Positions 12,236-25,095 of a DNA stretch of 64,000 nucleotides are shown here, one piece after another. The position numbers and the translations under genes are program-made. The notes under the pieces are model-generated. The model searched no databases. It was not told the DNA's origin and saw nothing but the letters and a program-made list of their open reading frames with translations. How positions within the stretch are numbered: the stretch's first letter is position 1; each line of letters begins with the position of its first letter. This stretch comes from Chiloscyllium plagiosum (lineage: Eukaryota): the NCBI RefSeq assembly GCF_004010195.1, contig NC_057755.1, positions 5,211,643 through 5,275,642 of the forward strand, written 5' to 3'.

Positions 12236-13192
12236 TAGTCAGCTGACAAGTTCCTTGTTTGAAACTCTGAGCCGATGCATTCCCAGAGACACGGCCTTCT
12301 ACTGTGTCGAAGTTCTTTGGGGAGATCGAGTTGACAGGATTACTCAGCTTTGTTACTGTTTTTCAAAATTCTGGAAATGACCAAATGCATTACAATGATC
12401 AGTTTAATCTCAAAATATGAAGGAGCGTTACTGCTCAGAACATCATAACAAAATAACAAAAACTGAATCTGTCCACTCAAGCTGATCTCAAATCACAAAG
12501 CACTCTACCACACGGGGACAATCAACCCTTGCACAACACGGGCACATTTCTTCTATTGCAGCAGTCAGGGTTGTGGAATCAAGAATCTATGATAATTGAA
12601 TAATTTGAACACTTTCTGATGTCATGCAGAGCATGATGCCCGGTAGTAGACCAAGATATTTACAGAAAATGTTCCCTGTTCAGAAAGTGCACTGGAGCAG
12701 CTACTCCAAGTCAGCAATAAGGCCTTTATCACATGTATTGCTTACTGGCTATCAGCTTTATGTTGACTTAATGTGAAGATGTAGCATGGCCACAAGGGAT
12801 AAGAATGTGTCCAGGATCCCTGTCGAACGACCGTGGTGGGTGTAGATTGGACCTTGTGAATCCACCCTATGATATTGGGGCTGTTCAAGTGAAACCACCA
12901 GTGTATGTCGTATAGGAAACCACATACACACATGCACATGCACGCGCACACACACGTGCATGCATGCACACATACATAAACATGCGGGGACACACACGCG
13001 CGCGCGCACACACGTGCACACACCCGCATGTACACATGCATGCACATACATACACACAAACCTGGCAATGGACTATTCATTAAATTCACAGGTAAAATCT
13101 TTTCGAAAACGTTCACTGGGAAGTAATGCCAATCATCATAGATCTTAGCGAGTTTTGAGAAGATGTGTAACTCAACTTGAGGGTCTGGATGC

Positions 13193-13363
13193 AGGTTTGC
13201 TCGCTGAGCTGTAAGATTGATTTTCAGACGTTTCGTCACCCTACTAGGTAACATCTTCAGTGAGCCTCCGGATGAAGCTTGGTTCAGAGGCTCACTGAAG
13301 GTGCAACCTATTATGGTGATGAAATATCTAATAAAAGATCCTTGCAGCTCAGCGAGCAAACCT
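13193..13363. mobile_element. Fold-back Penelope terminal-repeat derivative
   Basis: AGGTTTGCTCGCTGAGCTG...CTTCAGTGAGCCTC is mirrored by GAGGCTCACTGAAG...CAGCTCAGCGAGCAAACCT. Related to the Penelope ends at 37890-37960 and 42090-42150. Confidence 0.7.
13224..13263 (-). ncRNA. Minimal type I hammerhead ribozyme motif (Penelope-associated)
   Basis: tca CTGAAGA t gttacc tagtag ggtgac GAAAC GTC tga: intact core, 6-bp stem II, palindromic ACGT stem III, 3-bp stem I. Confidence 0.6.
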
Positions 13364-15060
13364 AAATCTATAATACATCTGTCAGAGACACAGGGACTGC
13401 ATTGGTTACTTTCTGGTTTTACATGATTACATTTGCATGTTGTCTGTCGAATAACGAAATGAGGGACATAGAGATATGAGAAAAAGTCCCAGGTCAGTAG
13501 TTAATAGACAAATAATGATCCTGTCACAACATATGGGGCAGGAATGTTACTGGTCAATACCCTCAATTTGGAAAATAAACGCATAATCCTGGCTCAACAA
13601 GTCAAACGAGCCCAAGAAGCAGTGAAGTATAAACAATTAACAGGAGACCACATGATAACGACACAGAGTGAGGCTAGCCACCACCATGCTTGATGGTCAG
13701 GCCACAATAATTAACCAGATCATCCAGGACCCAATCAGGGATGACGGTGAACAACAAAACCACACTCTGTGCAGTCTCTATGGTAACTGGGATGATGGAA
13801 CAGCTGAGGGAGGAGCTCAGGCAGGTAAGCCAATAGAAAGTCCCTCCTTGGATCTGTTACAAACAGCGTGAACCATTTGTTCCAGGAGAGGACCAACACC
13901 AACATCTCTCACTGTCAGTGACACAGCTCACCAAGTTCTGGATTAATGAGAGCTGCAGGGACACTCTTAGTGAGGCACTGGGCCTGGTCCTCAGCATTCC
14001 AATTATCCCGAGGGACAAAGCTGGATTGGAGTCAAAAATATCAGAATTATATAAAAAGAGTATTTCGATGTACTACCATGATGTCCTTACATACACTGCA
14101 AAAAGACTGGGAGTATAAACAGGGATCAGTCTTAAGTAAATGTGAACAAACAGGAAATATGGCCGGAGCTTGCTATTCATGAATTAGGCTCCTCTTATAT
14201 CAGGTTGTAGGCTTATTGCTCTCACCTTGATATATGTCAGGATATTAGTTGCTATGATTGCTGGCTGGAAATGACAGATATCCCACTAAATGGGTGCGAT
14301 CATTATGAATAATACACACAGGGGTTATAAGATAGATGGAACACCATGAGTTATCACTTTATTTCTATTAACTTACAGAAGCAGAAATGAGGTAAAAATG
14401 CAAGGAGGGATTGACAAAAAGACGTCAATTGTTTTTGATACAGGGCTGCTAAACAAGTCAAGAGATTTGCTTCAGTGGATCAGCACCTTTCATTTATTTC
14501 ATTCCAAACAGAACTACATGCTATGAACATTTCAAAATATCCATAACTAGTTTGGAGTTTATGTTCACATCAGCAATCAGAATTTCTAACTTCAGATTGT
14601 AGTTCCGATAGTTGTGTGTCTGTTATGATGTACAGGGCATTAGACAGCACCTTGTCCTGTCGGCCCAGAAACAAATGGGGAATAGACAGGAATGGAGAAA
14701 ATCGAAGCCGCCATATTCGCTCCAACATTGCAGTCGAATTAGACATATGCATCACATTGTACATAGGAGGTCATTCAGCTCTTTGAGCGATATACTTGCC
14801 TTTGGTGCTTAAGATCTTTGAATAAAAATGTATCGATCTCAAATTTAAACCTATCAACAGATCCAGCGTCCACTGTTGTTTGTGGAAGAGACCTCGCCCA
14901 CCCTTTGTGAGCAAAACGCTTCATAATTGTCTGGCCCTGATGCACCCATGTTCTAAAATACCTAAACAATGGAAACTGTTTATCTTTATCTGCACTGTGT
15001 GGTTTTCCTGTTAGTATCTTGGAGACGTACACACTGAGGACTCTATGCAGAAATCGATCA

Positions 15061-15406
15061 TAGAATCCCTACACTGGTGACAGAGACAATTTGGCCCAAG
15101 CACTGACCACCTGAACAGCATTCTCCACAGACTTTCTACCCCCAGCCTATCCCTGTATCCGCGCATTCACTGCAGCCAATCTGCTTCGCCTGTGTATCCC
15201 TAGTCACTATGGGCTAATTTAGCTTAGCCAATCCGCCTAATTTTCACATCTCTGGACTGTGGGAGAAATCCGGTGTACCCCGAAGGAAACCCAAGCAACA
15301 CAGGGAGAATATGCAAACCGCACTGGAACAGTTGCACAAAGGTAGAACTGGACCGCAGCCCCTGGTGCTGTGGGGAGCAGTGCTGACCACTGAGCCATTG
15401 CGCTTC
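15061..15406 (-). mobile_element. HE1-type SINE, diverged
   Basis: AATGGCTCAGTGGTCAGCACTGCT head, TTTCTCCCACAGTCCAGAGATGTG core and GTAGGGATTCTA tail. Confidence 0.8.
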
Positions 15407-16129
15407 CTCACCAGTAATGCATTGATTATTGCACTTGCCCTCATTTCTCCTGAATTTCTGTTAAACCCAACAAAGTCTGCTTGTCCTAGTAATTCCATGC
15501 GTTTGCCTCTATGATTCTGCATATTCCTATGCACGATCATTTCTTTCTTTTTTACTTGCGCCATCTCAGACTGAATAAACTCCACTACCCTTTCCTTCCT
15601 ACTTGTCTTTTAGTAAAGACACATGAACCACAATATTTCGAACAGTCTTTCATATTCCAGTCGCTGAAAACCAAGAGAACAGATTGACACCCAAATGGTC
15701 ATCATCAACGTTGAATGGTAAAACAAGCATTTTGCCTTTGAGTCCTGACTGCAGAGTGAACAGTTTCAAAAGGAAATGATCACCCCGCCAACACTCCTGC
15801 CCTGAACCCTCCCCGCCAGCCTGATTTCTCTGTCAGCCGGTGTTGCATGACCTGCTGAGTTTCTCCAGCTACTCTCTGTGTTTGATCCAGAAGGAAATTC
15901 AGTTTTAGTGGATGTCGTACACAAAACACATGGAGAAGAAGCGATTACTGATGACTGATCCTTTTCACAAGAAGAGCCACTTTCAGTCCCAATGTGAAGT
16001 ACACACGCAAAGAAGTGAAAATTGTTAAAATCTAAAATCAGAACAAGAGAGAGTTGGAGAAACTCACAGATCTGGCTGCGTCAGTAGACAGAGAGAAACA
16101 ACATCAACGTTTTGACGTTTATGTAAATT

Positions 16130-16910
16130 GAGTCACAGAGACGTACAGCATGGAAACTGGCCCTTTGGTCCAACTCATTCATGCTGAACGGATACCCTAA
16201 CCTAATTTCCCCCTATTTGCCAACAGTTGGCCCATATCCCTCTGAACCTTTCCTATTCATATACCCATCTAGATGCCTTTTAAATATTGCAACTGTACGA
16301 GAGTCCACCACTTCCTTTGGCAGCACATTCCATACACGTACCACCCTCTGAGTGAAAAAGTTGCCCCAATGGTCCCATTTATGTCTTTTCCCTCTCACCC
16401 TAAACATATGCCCTCTAGTTCTGGACTAGCCCACTCCTGGGAAAAATACCTTATCTACTTATCCCAGCCATGCCTCTCATGATTTTATAAACCGCTATAA
16501 CGTCACCACTCATCCTCTGATGATCCAGGGAAAACAGCCCCAGCCTGTTCAGCCTCTCCCTGTAGCTCAAATTCTCCGACCATGGCAACATCCCTGTAAA
16601 CCTTTTCTGAACCCTTTCAAGTTTCACAACATCCTTCCAAAAGGAAGGAGACCAGATTTGCATGCAATATTCCAAAGTGGCCTCATCATTTCATTGTCCA
16701 GCCTCAGCATGACCTCCCAACTCCGATACTCAGTGGTCTGACCAAGAAAAGAAAGCATAGTAAATGCCTTCTTCAGTAAACTATCGCCCTGCGATTCTAA
16801 TTTCGAGAAACTATAAACCTGCACTCCAAGGTCTCGTTGCTCAGCAGCACTCCCCAGAACCTGAACACTAAGTGTAAAAGTCCTGTTCTGATTCTCTACA
16901 AAGCATGGAA
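16130..16910 (-). mobile_element. CR1/HER1 LINE 3' end
   Basis: EYCMQIWSPSFWKDVVKLERVQKRFT...FFTQRVVRVWNVLP. Confidence 0.9.
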
Positions 16911-16950
16911 GATTCTCATTGCACACAAGAGCACGAGAAGAAATTGAGCT

Positions 16951-17882
16951 TTATGTTGGACGCAAAATTTTGCAGTGTTTATTGAATGCATTGACCATTG
17001 TCAAGAAAAGCGTCCAAGGGAATGCAAGCACTTTATGTAGCTCTGACCTGAACTTAGTTTGCGTCATAGCATAGATGCATGTGTTTGCACAAGAACTCAA
17101 ATGGGTGAGCAGATGTCCGGTCTCAGTGGCAATGTATGGGGAGGAAATATAATGTATTTGATCAAGCACAGCCAAGGTGTTGACCATAGAATTGACTGCA
17201 GATGCCAGATTTAGCAGTATAAGACTGCCCGACACCATGAAGAGAAGAACAATCGATTTTCTTCGAGTTTTAATTTCTTGATCGCTCTGGTTTTCAGACT
17301 GCTGAGCCCGAAGTCTTCTGCGACGAATATTGCTTACTACAATGTGTCTGGCAGTCAAAACATTAAATAGTAATATGAAAAAGAAAGGAATCCATGTAAC
17401 TAAAAGATTTTGCAACTTCTCATAAGCTGCACCTATTGTTGATTTGAGAAAATTCACACTGGGACGGTATCCCCAGTGAATATTGTTAATTGTGCGTTGG
17501 TGTTCATATGCAAACCAAAATGGAATGTTCTCTAAGTACACCAGCACCGTGACAATTATTATGACCGTAGATGCAGTTCTCACTGTGCTATACTTGGTTT
17601 TATGCTTCACACAGCATATAGCTATAAATCGGTCAAAGGTGAAGCAGACTGTGTACCACACTGACAGATATACATTAGTGCAGCTCATGTACAATATAAG
17701 TTTGATGACCACAGTGTAGGAGAGGAATGAATATGGAAACCGTCTGCTCAAAATTTGAAACAAAATAACGTTAATGAGCATGACCAGCAGATCTGCTGTC
17801 ACCATCGCCAACATGTAGATTGAAATACATTTGGAAAGGCCGCAATTTCCTCTCAAGAGAATCACAGTTGCCAGGAGGATTG
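16951..17882 (-). CDS. Exon 2 (main exon) of intact GPR139/GPR142-like class A GPCR; joins exon 1 at 20039-20108 to give 333 aa
   Basis: Polypyrimidine tract and CTGCAG acceptor at 17883, then an open frame to TAA at 16951. 7TM pattern with RGNCGLSKC, ADLLV, SVWYTVCFTFDRFIAICC, RRKS and CANTCIYAMTQTKFR. 70+932=1002 nt, in frame. Confidence 0.93.
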
Positions 17883-18399
17883 CTGCAGGAAAAGAAGAAA
17901 AATATGTAAGTTAGCGAACACAGAACAATAGAATAGATGATGGACCGAGCAGCATTATCACCAAGTTATTAATTCAGAAATCCAAATAATATTTTAGGGG
18001 TTTTGGTTCAAATCTGAATTAGACATTTGAATTTGAATTCATAAAGTTTGAATACAATAAACGTCAAGAGCTAAGAATCAAATGATGAAAATGGAATAAT
18101 TGTCAATTGTCAGAGGAAATCCCATTTGGTTCAGAAATGCCCTTTTAAAAAGAAACTGCTACCCTTACCTGCGATTCAGGACCACAGCTTTGTGGTTGTT
18201 TCTCAACTGCTGTCTGGGCAGTGAGGAATGGGCAATAAATGCTTGCCTATCTTGTGCCACACACCTCTCATGTGGAATAAAATATTAGATTTAATGACAT
18301 TTCACCTGCCAATGTGTAGATGCTGTCCAGTGCATTATGAATTGTGGGGTGTCCTATTGTGATAATCAAAATGGTTAACGATAATCCTTTTGAAACAAC

Positions 18400-18770
18400 T
18401 CATTGTCGATGTAATTTGTTTGTCGGACTGCAAGGATTCTTCCAGATTTTGGAAATGCACCCCATAGAAAGGATTCTATCTGGATGCATCACAGTTCGGT
18501 ATAGCAACTGTTCTTTGCAAAACCACAAGAACTACTAGGAGACATGATGACAGCCCAGCCAATCGTGCACACCCGCTTCCTAACCATTAACTCTAAATTT
18601 ACTTTCCACTGCCTCAGCAAAACAACTAACATAATCAAAGACCCCTCCCATCACAATTCTACAATATTCCAATGTCTTCCATCGGGAAGAATTCATAAAT
18701 GTCTGTAATAAGTGCAAATAGAAACAGAATTATTTTCTTCCCAATTGTTCTCAGACTTCTAAATAGACCT
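18400..18770 (+). mobile_element. Rex1/Babar-type LINE 3' fragment
   Basis: IERILSGCITVRYSNCS, the same motif as the element at 22570-24055. Confidence 0.65.
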
Positions 18771-20038
18771 CATAATTGCTGCATTTATCACAGAATCTAG
18801 AATCCCTACAATAGGGGATAAGGCCATTGGGCACAACCATTCACAGCTGCTCTCTGAAGAGCAACTCACCCAGAATCACCCTGCTATCTTATCCTTGTAA
18901 CCTTGCATTTCCTATTGCCAAACCATCTAGCCTGAGCTCTTTTGGTCTTGCTCTCTGTGAACCTTCTCTGCAGCTGTATTCTTTGCACTGTTCAATTTCC
19001 CTTTCCAATCTTTACGGTATGATCTGCCTGCATTGCACGCAAAACAAAGCTTTTCACTTTACCTGGTCACAGTTGACAATAATAAATCAAATCAAATCAA
19101 ATCAATGGTTTAGTAAGGAAGCTCAGCACCAGTTTCTCAAGGTCAATCTTGATGAATAACAAAGATTGACTCACTCCCCAGGAAAGCAGGAGGAAACAAT
19201 ATAGAGCGATAGAGGAATCCATCCTGAAAAAAAGGTAATCTTGGATGTATTCCGCAATACATCAATAATCAGGTCCCATAGCGGAATGCACATCTCACTG
19301 TTTTGTATGAACGTATGAAACAGGAACAAGAGTAGTGTTTTCCACCTCTCGAGTCTACTGTGCCTTTAAATACAATCGTGCTGTTCTGTCTGCATTTTGA
19401 ACTCTACATTCCCATCGACCCAAGATAGCCCTGGATTGACCTGGATTGATACATGAATCTATCAACACCAGTTTGGAAAATATTGAAGAAATCTGCCTCC
19501 ATCACCTCATGATGCAGTTAAACTAAATTCGCATAACACCCCAGAGAGCGAAAGAGAAAAAAAAACTGTCATTCACTTTCTCAAATGGTGACACCCAACT
19601 TTACAGCAATGAAATCAGACATTAGGATTCAATCCTTTTCACAACGGGTGGGTGCATTTGATAATCGATCATTGTTCAATTTCAATCGGAAATCAACAAT
19701 TGTTCTCTTAAACTGAAGTATTGAGTAATACTGGCCAAAGGTGAGTCGATAGACTTAGGTCGCAGCTCAAACATTGTCATTGACAGGCAGAACAGACTCG
19801 ATGGGCAGAATAGCCTATTTGCAGTGTTCCTATGTGCAGTGTTACATGACGATCCACAATGTGTTCAAATGTAATTATAAGGAAGTGAGATACGTTAATT
19901 AAATAGAATGAAGAACTTCAGATGCTGGAGATCTGAATCAAACAAACAAACAAAAGTAGCTGGAGAAACTCTGCCTGCATGGCAGCACCTGTGGAGAGAG
20001 AAACATAGTTAACGTTTAAATCTTTTTTCAGAAAATAC

Positions 20039-20108
20039 CTGGAACACCAAAGGCTGCGAGCACAGGATAGAAGATATCCTTTATCAGTAAAATTATTGGC
20101 CGCACCAT
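20039..20108 (-). CDS. Exon 1 of the minus-strand intact GPCR (MVRPIILLIKDIFYPVLAAFGVP + G)
   Basis: ATG at 20108, 23 codons + 1 nt, donor G|gtattt. Phase 1 matches the acceptor at 17882. Confidence 0.88.
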
Positions 20109-20182
20109 TGTTTAGAAGAACTCAGTCAGTATCCCTTGTATCTTTTCGCTGAGAATGGATGGGAGATTCACGAAGGCTTCCC

Positions 20183-20189
20183 TTTTATA
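20183..20189 (-). promoter_or_regulatory. Candidate TATA box
   Basis: gcTATAAAAggg, a perfect consensus, 75-81 nt upstream of the ATG. Confidence 0.55.
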
Positions 20190-21244
20190 GCACAGTTGGT
20201 GATCAAGCATGAAATGAGTTTGCGAAATGTGAGTCCTTAATTAGTTCATTAAAAGACAGTTCAGTTCAGGCAGACTGGCAGTCCATGAAAGCTTTGCAAT
20301 CAAAATTCATCACAAGGAAATATATTGGTGAATAAGCATTGAATTAAAATGTGAGAAGCAATCACAAAGCTCATAAAACTAATATTTTAATATTAAAACC
20401 AATCTACTTGGTGAATTGGAAGCAGCAATAACTGTTCCTGCATTTTCACCTTTCTTGATGTCTGGGGTAGAGAGAATTATTGAGGAATAGCCAGCGATGG
20501 GGTCTTGAAGTTTGAGGAAGAAAGGATGTAAGAGAGACAGACAGATAGAAAGTAGAATTGCAAAATTTTGAAGAGTTGGAAGAGAGAGAGGGATGAGTGT
20601 GAGATCGAAAATGACAGAGAGAACAAGAAAGAGAGATAGAGAGAGAATGGTGAACGAAAGAAGCAGAATCTGCAATCTGTCACCGATGCTATCCACTGTA
20701 ACACCATGAAACTTATCCGGAAATCGCAAATTATTACAACAGGTACATCGCTGACCTCACTCTTTCTGACACTGTCCATCCAGTTATATCACTAAACGTG
20801 CAATAAAATTTATCAGGAAATGACAACATAGCTTTCTGTTATTATAATATAATTGCAGATGAATTGAGAAGATTAGTGAAGGATAGTGTGGGGTCAATAA
20901 GGAACACGTAGGGTGAGCTGCTTACTAGCAAATGTTATGGTGGAGATACTAAATTAATATTTTGCTTCTGTCTTTACTAAATTAGAAGATGGTGACATTG
21001 GCCCAGTTGAAACTATGATTGTTGAACAACTGAACAGTACAGAGATGGATAAAACAGAGATTCCAAATAGTCTGGCAGCACTCCAAACGTCACCAGACCT
21101 GAATGGGATACTTACGAGATTGTTGCGTGAGAGAAGGGAGCAGATCACAGAGACATTGATGGAAATTGTACAGACCTCTCCGAGCATGAGATAATTGCTG
21201 TCAGACTAGAAGATTTGACTGTGGCATTTGATTTCTGAAAGTGA

Positions 21245-21990
21245 CGGAGAGAGAGAGAGAGAAGAGGGAAAAGAGAGAGAGAGAAAAAAGGGAAAGAGAG
21301 AGAGAAAAAAGGGAAAGAGATAGAGAAAAGGGACGGAGAGAGAGAGAGAAAAAAAGGACGGAGAGAGAGAGAAAATGAAGGANNNNNNNNNNNNNNNNNN
21401 NNNNNNNNNNNNNNNNNNNNNNNNNNNNNNNNNNNNNNNNNNNNNNNNNNNNNNNNNNNNNNNNNNNNNNNNNNNNNNNNNNNNNNNNNNNNNNNNNNNN
21501 NNNNNNNNNNNNNNNNNNNNNNNNNNNNNNNNNNNNNNNNNNNNNNNNNNNNNNNNNNNNNNNNNNNNNNNNNNNNNNNNNNNNNNNNNNNNNNNNNNNN
21601 NNNNNNNNNNNNNNNNNNNNNNNNNNNNNNNNNNNNNNNNNNNNNNNNNNNNNNNNNNNNNNNNNNNNNNNNNNNNNNNNNNNNNNNNNNNNNNNNNNNN
21701 NNNNNNNNNNNNNNNNNNNNNNNNNNNNNNNNNNNNNNNNNNNNNNNNNNNNGAGAGAGAAAAGGGACGAAGAGAGAAAGAGAAAAAAGGGACGAAGAGC
21801 GAGAGAGAGAGAAAAAAGGGACAGAGAGAGGGAGAAAAAAAGAACAGGGAGAGAGAGAAAAGGGACAGAGAAAGAGAGACAGAAAAGGGACAGAGAGAGA
21901 GAAAAGGGATGGAGAGCGAGAGCGAGACTGAAAAAGGGACAGAAAGAGAGAAAAGGGACAGAGAAAGAAAGAAAAGTGACTGAGAGGGAG
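21245..21990. repeat. AG-rich tandem repeat spanning assembly gap 21383-21752
   Basis: Repeating GAGAGAGAAAAGGGAC-like units on both sides of the N run. Confidence 0.9.
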
Positions 21991-22569
21991 ATAAAAGGTC
22001 ACACAGCAAGCATTGATACCACCTGTAGAATTGCCTTCAGAGTTGTCCATGTTTTGGCCCACTCTGGAAACAGAGGGGCTTCATCTCTACAGCAGGGATG
22101 TCCCTACAACACGCTGCACTGGTCTGTAATCCCCTGGAAGCTGTCCTCTTACCTTCCGCCTTGGCGATGATAAAATGCCCTGCCCATCGCTCTGGCACTG
22201 ACCGTGTCACCCTGGGGAATGCCTCAGCTGACCAAGCAGCCTGGGAGGACCACACAGCCCGCCCCACCACTCAGCTCCAGCCCAGCCCAGAATAGTGAAG
22301 GCCCCAGTATTTCCTGACTCTATGGAGGCTGTGTGAGCTGCCCAACAGGCTGCTCCACCGCAAGGAAAGCAGAGTTGGGCCCAGCATTGGGACCATGCAG
22401 TCTCCTTCCCTACAGCTGCTCAGACACCCTGATGGCTGCATCATTTACCCAAAAACCACCTCCACTCACTGACCCTCGCAGCCCATGGCATTGGCCACAT
22501 GGGCAAGAGGGGCATGATGCACAGAGTAACGCAGTCCTGGTATGCACCAGGTATTGCTGCTACTGCCCT

Positions 22570-24055
22570 GCTAGATTATGTTCAGGCCCTTAGCAGGAGC
22601 ATTAGTGTTACACACGACCAGGTCAGAGGTTGGAGCAAAACATTGCCAGGGTGGGATGGTTCTTTGATAATGCTGGCTGCCTTTCCTGGCCAGCGGGCCT
22701 GAGTAGATGGATTCTACGTACGGGAGGTTGGCCTTTGTGATTGTTCGGGCCGAGTTCACACTGTTACTCTCTGTAACAGTCTCCAATCTTAAATGGTACA
22801 GTTGCCATACCAGGTAGTGATACACCCAGACAGAATAATGCTCTCGATGGCGCACCTATAAAAGTTGGCAAAGGTATTCACCGTCAAGCCAAATTTCCTC
22901 AGCTGCCTGACGAAGAACAGATATTGCTGAGCCTTTGTAACCAGTGTGTTCACATGACGAGTCCAAGAAAGCTTGTTGTAGATGACCACACCCAGGAGCA
23001 TGACATTCTCCACTCGTTCCACCTCTGTGCTGTTAATGTGTGTGTGTGTGTGTGTGGGGGGGGGGCAATCAGTGACATCCCGTTGAAAGTCAATAATGAG
23101 TTCCTTGGTTTTGCCTGCATTCAGAGCGAGTTTGTTCTCAGTGCACCATTTTTCCAGGTATTCCACCTCCTCTCTGTAGTCTATTTTATTGCCATCTGAG
23201 ATTCGACCGACTATGGTGGTGTCATCAGTGAACTTGCAAATGGCATTACTCTGCTATTTGGCGACACAGTCTTGGGTATACAGTGAGTACAGTAGCGGGC
23301 TGAGTGCAGGCCCCAAAGGGCTCCAGTGTGGAGTGTTAGTGAGGATGAAATATTGCCCCCAATCTCTACTGATTGTGGCCTGTGGATCAGGAAACTGAGG
23401 ATCCAGTTCCAGAGAGTGGGGTGCAGTCTGAGATCACTAAGTTTAGTAATCAGTCTCCAGGAGAGAATAGTGTTGAAGGCTGAACTGTAGTCAATGAGTA
23501 GGATTCTTATGTCGCTGTTCTTGGTGTCAAGATGTTCTAGGGAGGAGTGAAGGGCAAGTGATATGGCATCTGACGTGGCTTTGTTGGTCCGATAGGCAAA
23601 TTGGAATGGCTCAAGTGTAGAGGGGAGGCTGGAGTTGATTAATGACATGACCAGCCTTTCAAAGCACTTCATGACCACTTAAGTTAGGGCCACTGGGCGG
23701 TAGTCATTGAGATATGCTGCATGAGCCTTCTTCGGCACAGGGATGATGTTAGCCCTGTTGAAACAGGCAGGGACAGTGGCCTGTTGCAGGGAGAGGGTGA
23801 AGATGCTCGGGAAGACCTCTGCCAGTGGAAATGTGCGTGCTCTGAGTGCACGGCCTGGTACTCTGTCTGGTCCCATCGCTTTCCTTGGATTCACACGAAG
23901 GAAAACTGATGTGACCTCTGATGCAGTGACTGTTGAGATAGTTTCGTCAGGACTTGTCGGAATAGGTGTTACCTCTCCGCCGAAATTTAGCTCAAAGCGA
24001 GAGTAGGAGGCGTTGAGACGATCTGGGAAGGGATGTGTCATCGTCTGCTATCTTG
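22570..24055 (-). mobile_element. Rex1/Babar-type non-LTR retrotransposon, 5'-truncated, frameshifted RT
   Basis: NPRKAMGPDRVPGRALR, IIPVPKK...LNDYRPVALT, MKCFERLV, QFAYRTN, LLIDYSSAFNTI, KFTDD, LNAGKTKELIIDF, NFYRCAIESI. Confidence 0.9.
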
Positions 24056-24577
24056 TCCCTTTTTAAAGAAATTACAGCTCATTTGGAATTCTGAAAACAA
24101 CATTGGCCAATTGTATGGCCTGCTGGGAAAACTGGATAACTAAGTTGGATCAGGGCCAGACCAACACATACTCAAACCTGTTACCTATTTGATGGTATGG
24201 GATAGGTTGTAATAGGACAGTGGGAACTGCAGTATGAAGGCAGGAAGCTTGCAGCATTCACTTGGATCAAGTCAGACAGATATACAGGCCATTCAACGTG
24301 ACTGGTTGAACAGCTGTTGACAGGACAATGCTACAAGGTTTTGGGTGGAACGGTAGATATGAGTTTTAGTCGAACTGCTATCGAGATAATTTGGCTCCTA
24401 GGGTCCGCTCAGTCAATAGGGAAATTACAATATCCTACACTGTCTTTTGTAACAGCCATCCCGAGATAGAATGTCAATTAATATCAAGTTATTAATTTAT
24501 GCAAATTACATTCTTACATCAAACCGTTGCTGCCGAACAGTACTCGGAGGTGACCCAGATAACTAGTTAAAAGCCTT

Positions 24578-24665
24578 GTCCTGATGAAGGGTTAGACCCG
24601 AAACATTGACTTCTCCCCCTACTGAAGCTGCCTAGTTTGCTGTGTTCTTCCAGTCTCCTGCCTGT
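24578..24665 (+). mobile_element. Short Penelope-derived repeat with hammerhead-like core (related pieces at ~452-550, 11790-11880, 19905-20030, 27230-27400, 31800-31895)
   Basis: CTGATGAAGGGTTAGACCCGAAACATTG followed by GCTGCCT...TGCTGTGTTCTTCCAG. Confidence 0.6.
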
Positions 24666-25095
24666 TAACGAGTTCAATAAAGCAACTCAGATCAGCGAAG
24701 TCCATCACGCACTCCAGAGAGAACATCTGCAACAAGAATCAGCAACAAGGAGCAGGAAGAACAGCCTGTCTTCAGTTTGACCCGTTATAATCGGGGTCGT
24801 ATTAACCTCTTTATCACCTTCTGAAAATGCAATCTTGCACAAAGAAGAGATGCCTTTTCTTGGTTTGTTGATTAGAGTAAAACTCCGATGTTTATTAGTT
24901 TCTTTGATATGTTGCTGTACCCTGCGTTTTTGATAAAACATATATATGTAAAGAAATTTTAATGATTAAAGTATAAATTTTAAAATTAAAATTTATCTTG
25001 CGCTCTCAAAGCCAGAGGGCACAGGCATCACAGAACTGTAAAGTTGCTCTGGAAATTAGAAGGGCAGGCGGGGTTTATAGCAATGCGAAATGGGA

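Noticed and set aside
12742..13359. 205-aa minus-strand ORF
   Set aside because: It is a chance read-through of a Penelope hairpin and a CA/TG tract, with no protein family signature.
21145..22062. ORFs of 200-305 aa
   Set aside because: AG-rich repeat plus assembly gap.
22000..22560. GC-richer segment with several short ORFs
   Set aside because: No recognisable protein motif or splice structure. It is probably an unclassified repeat fragment.
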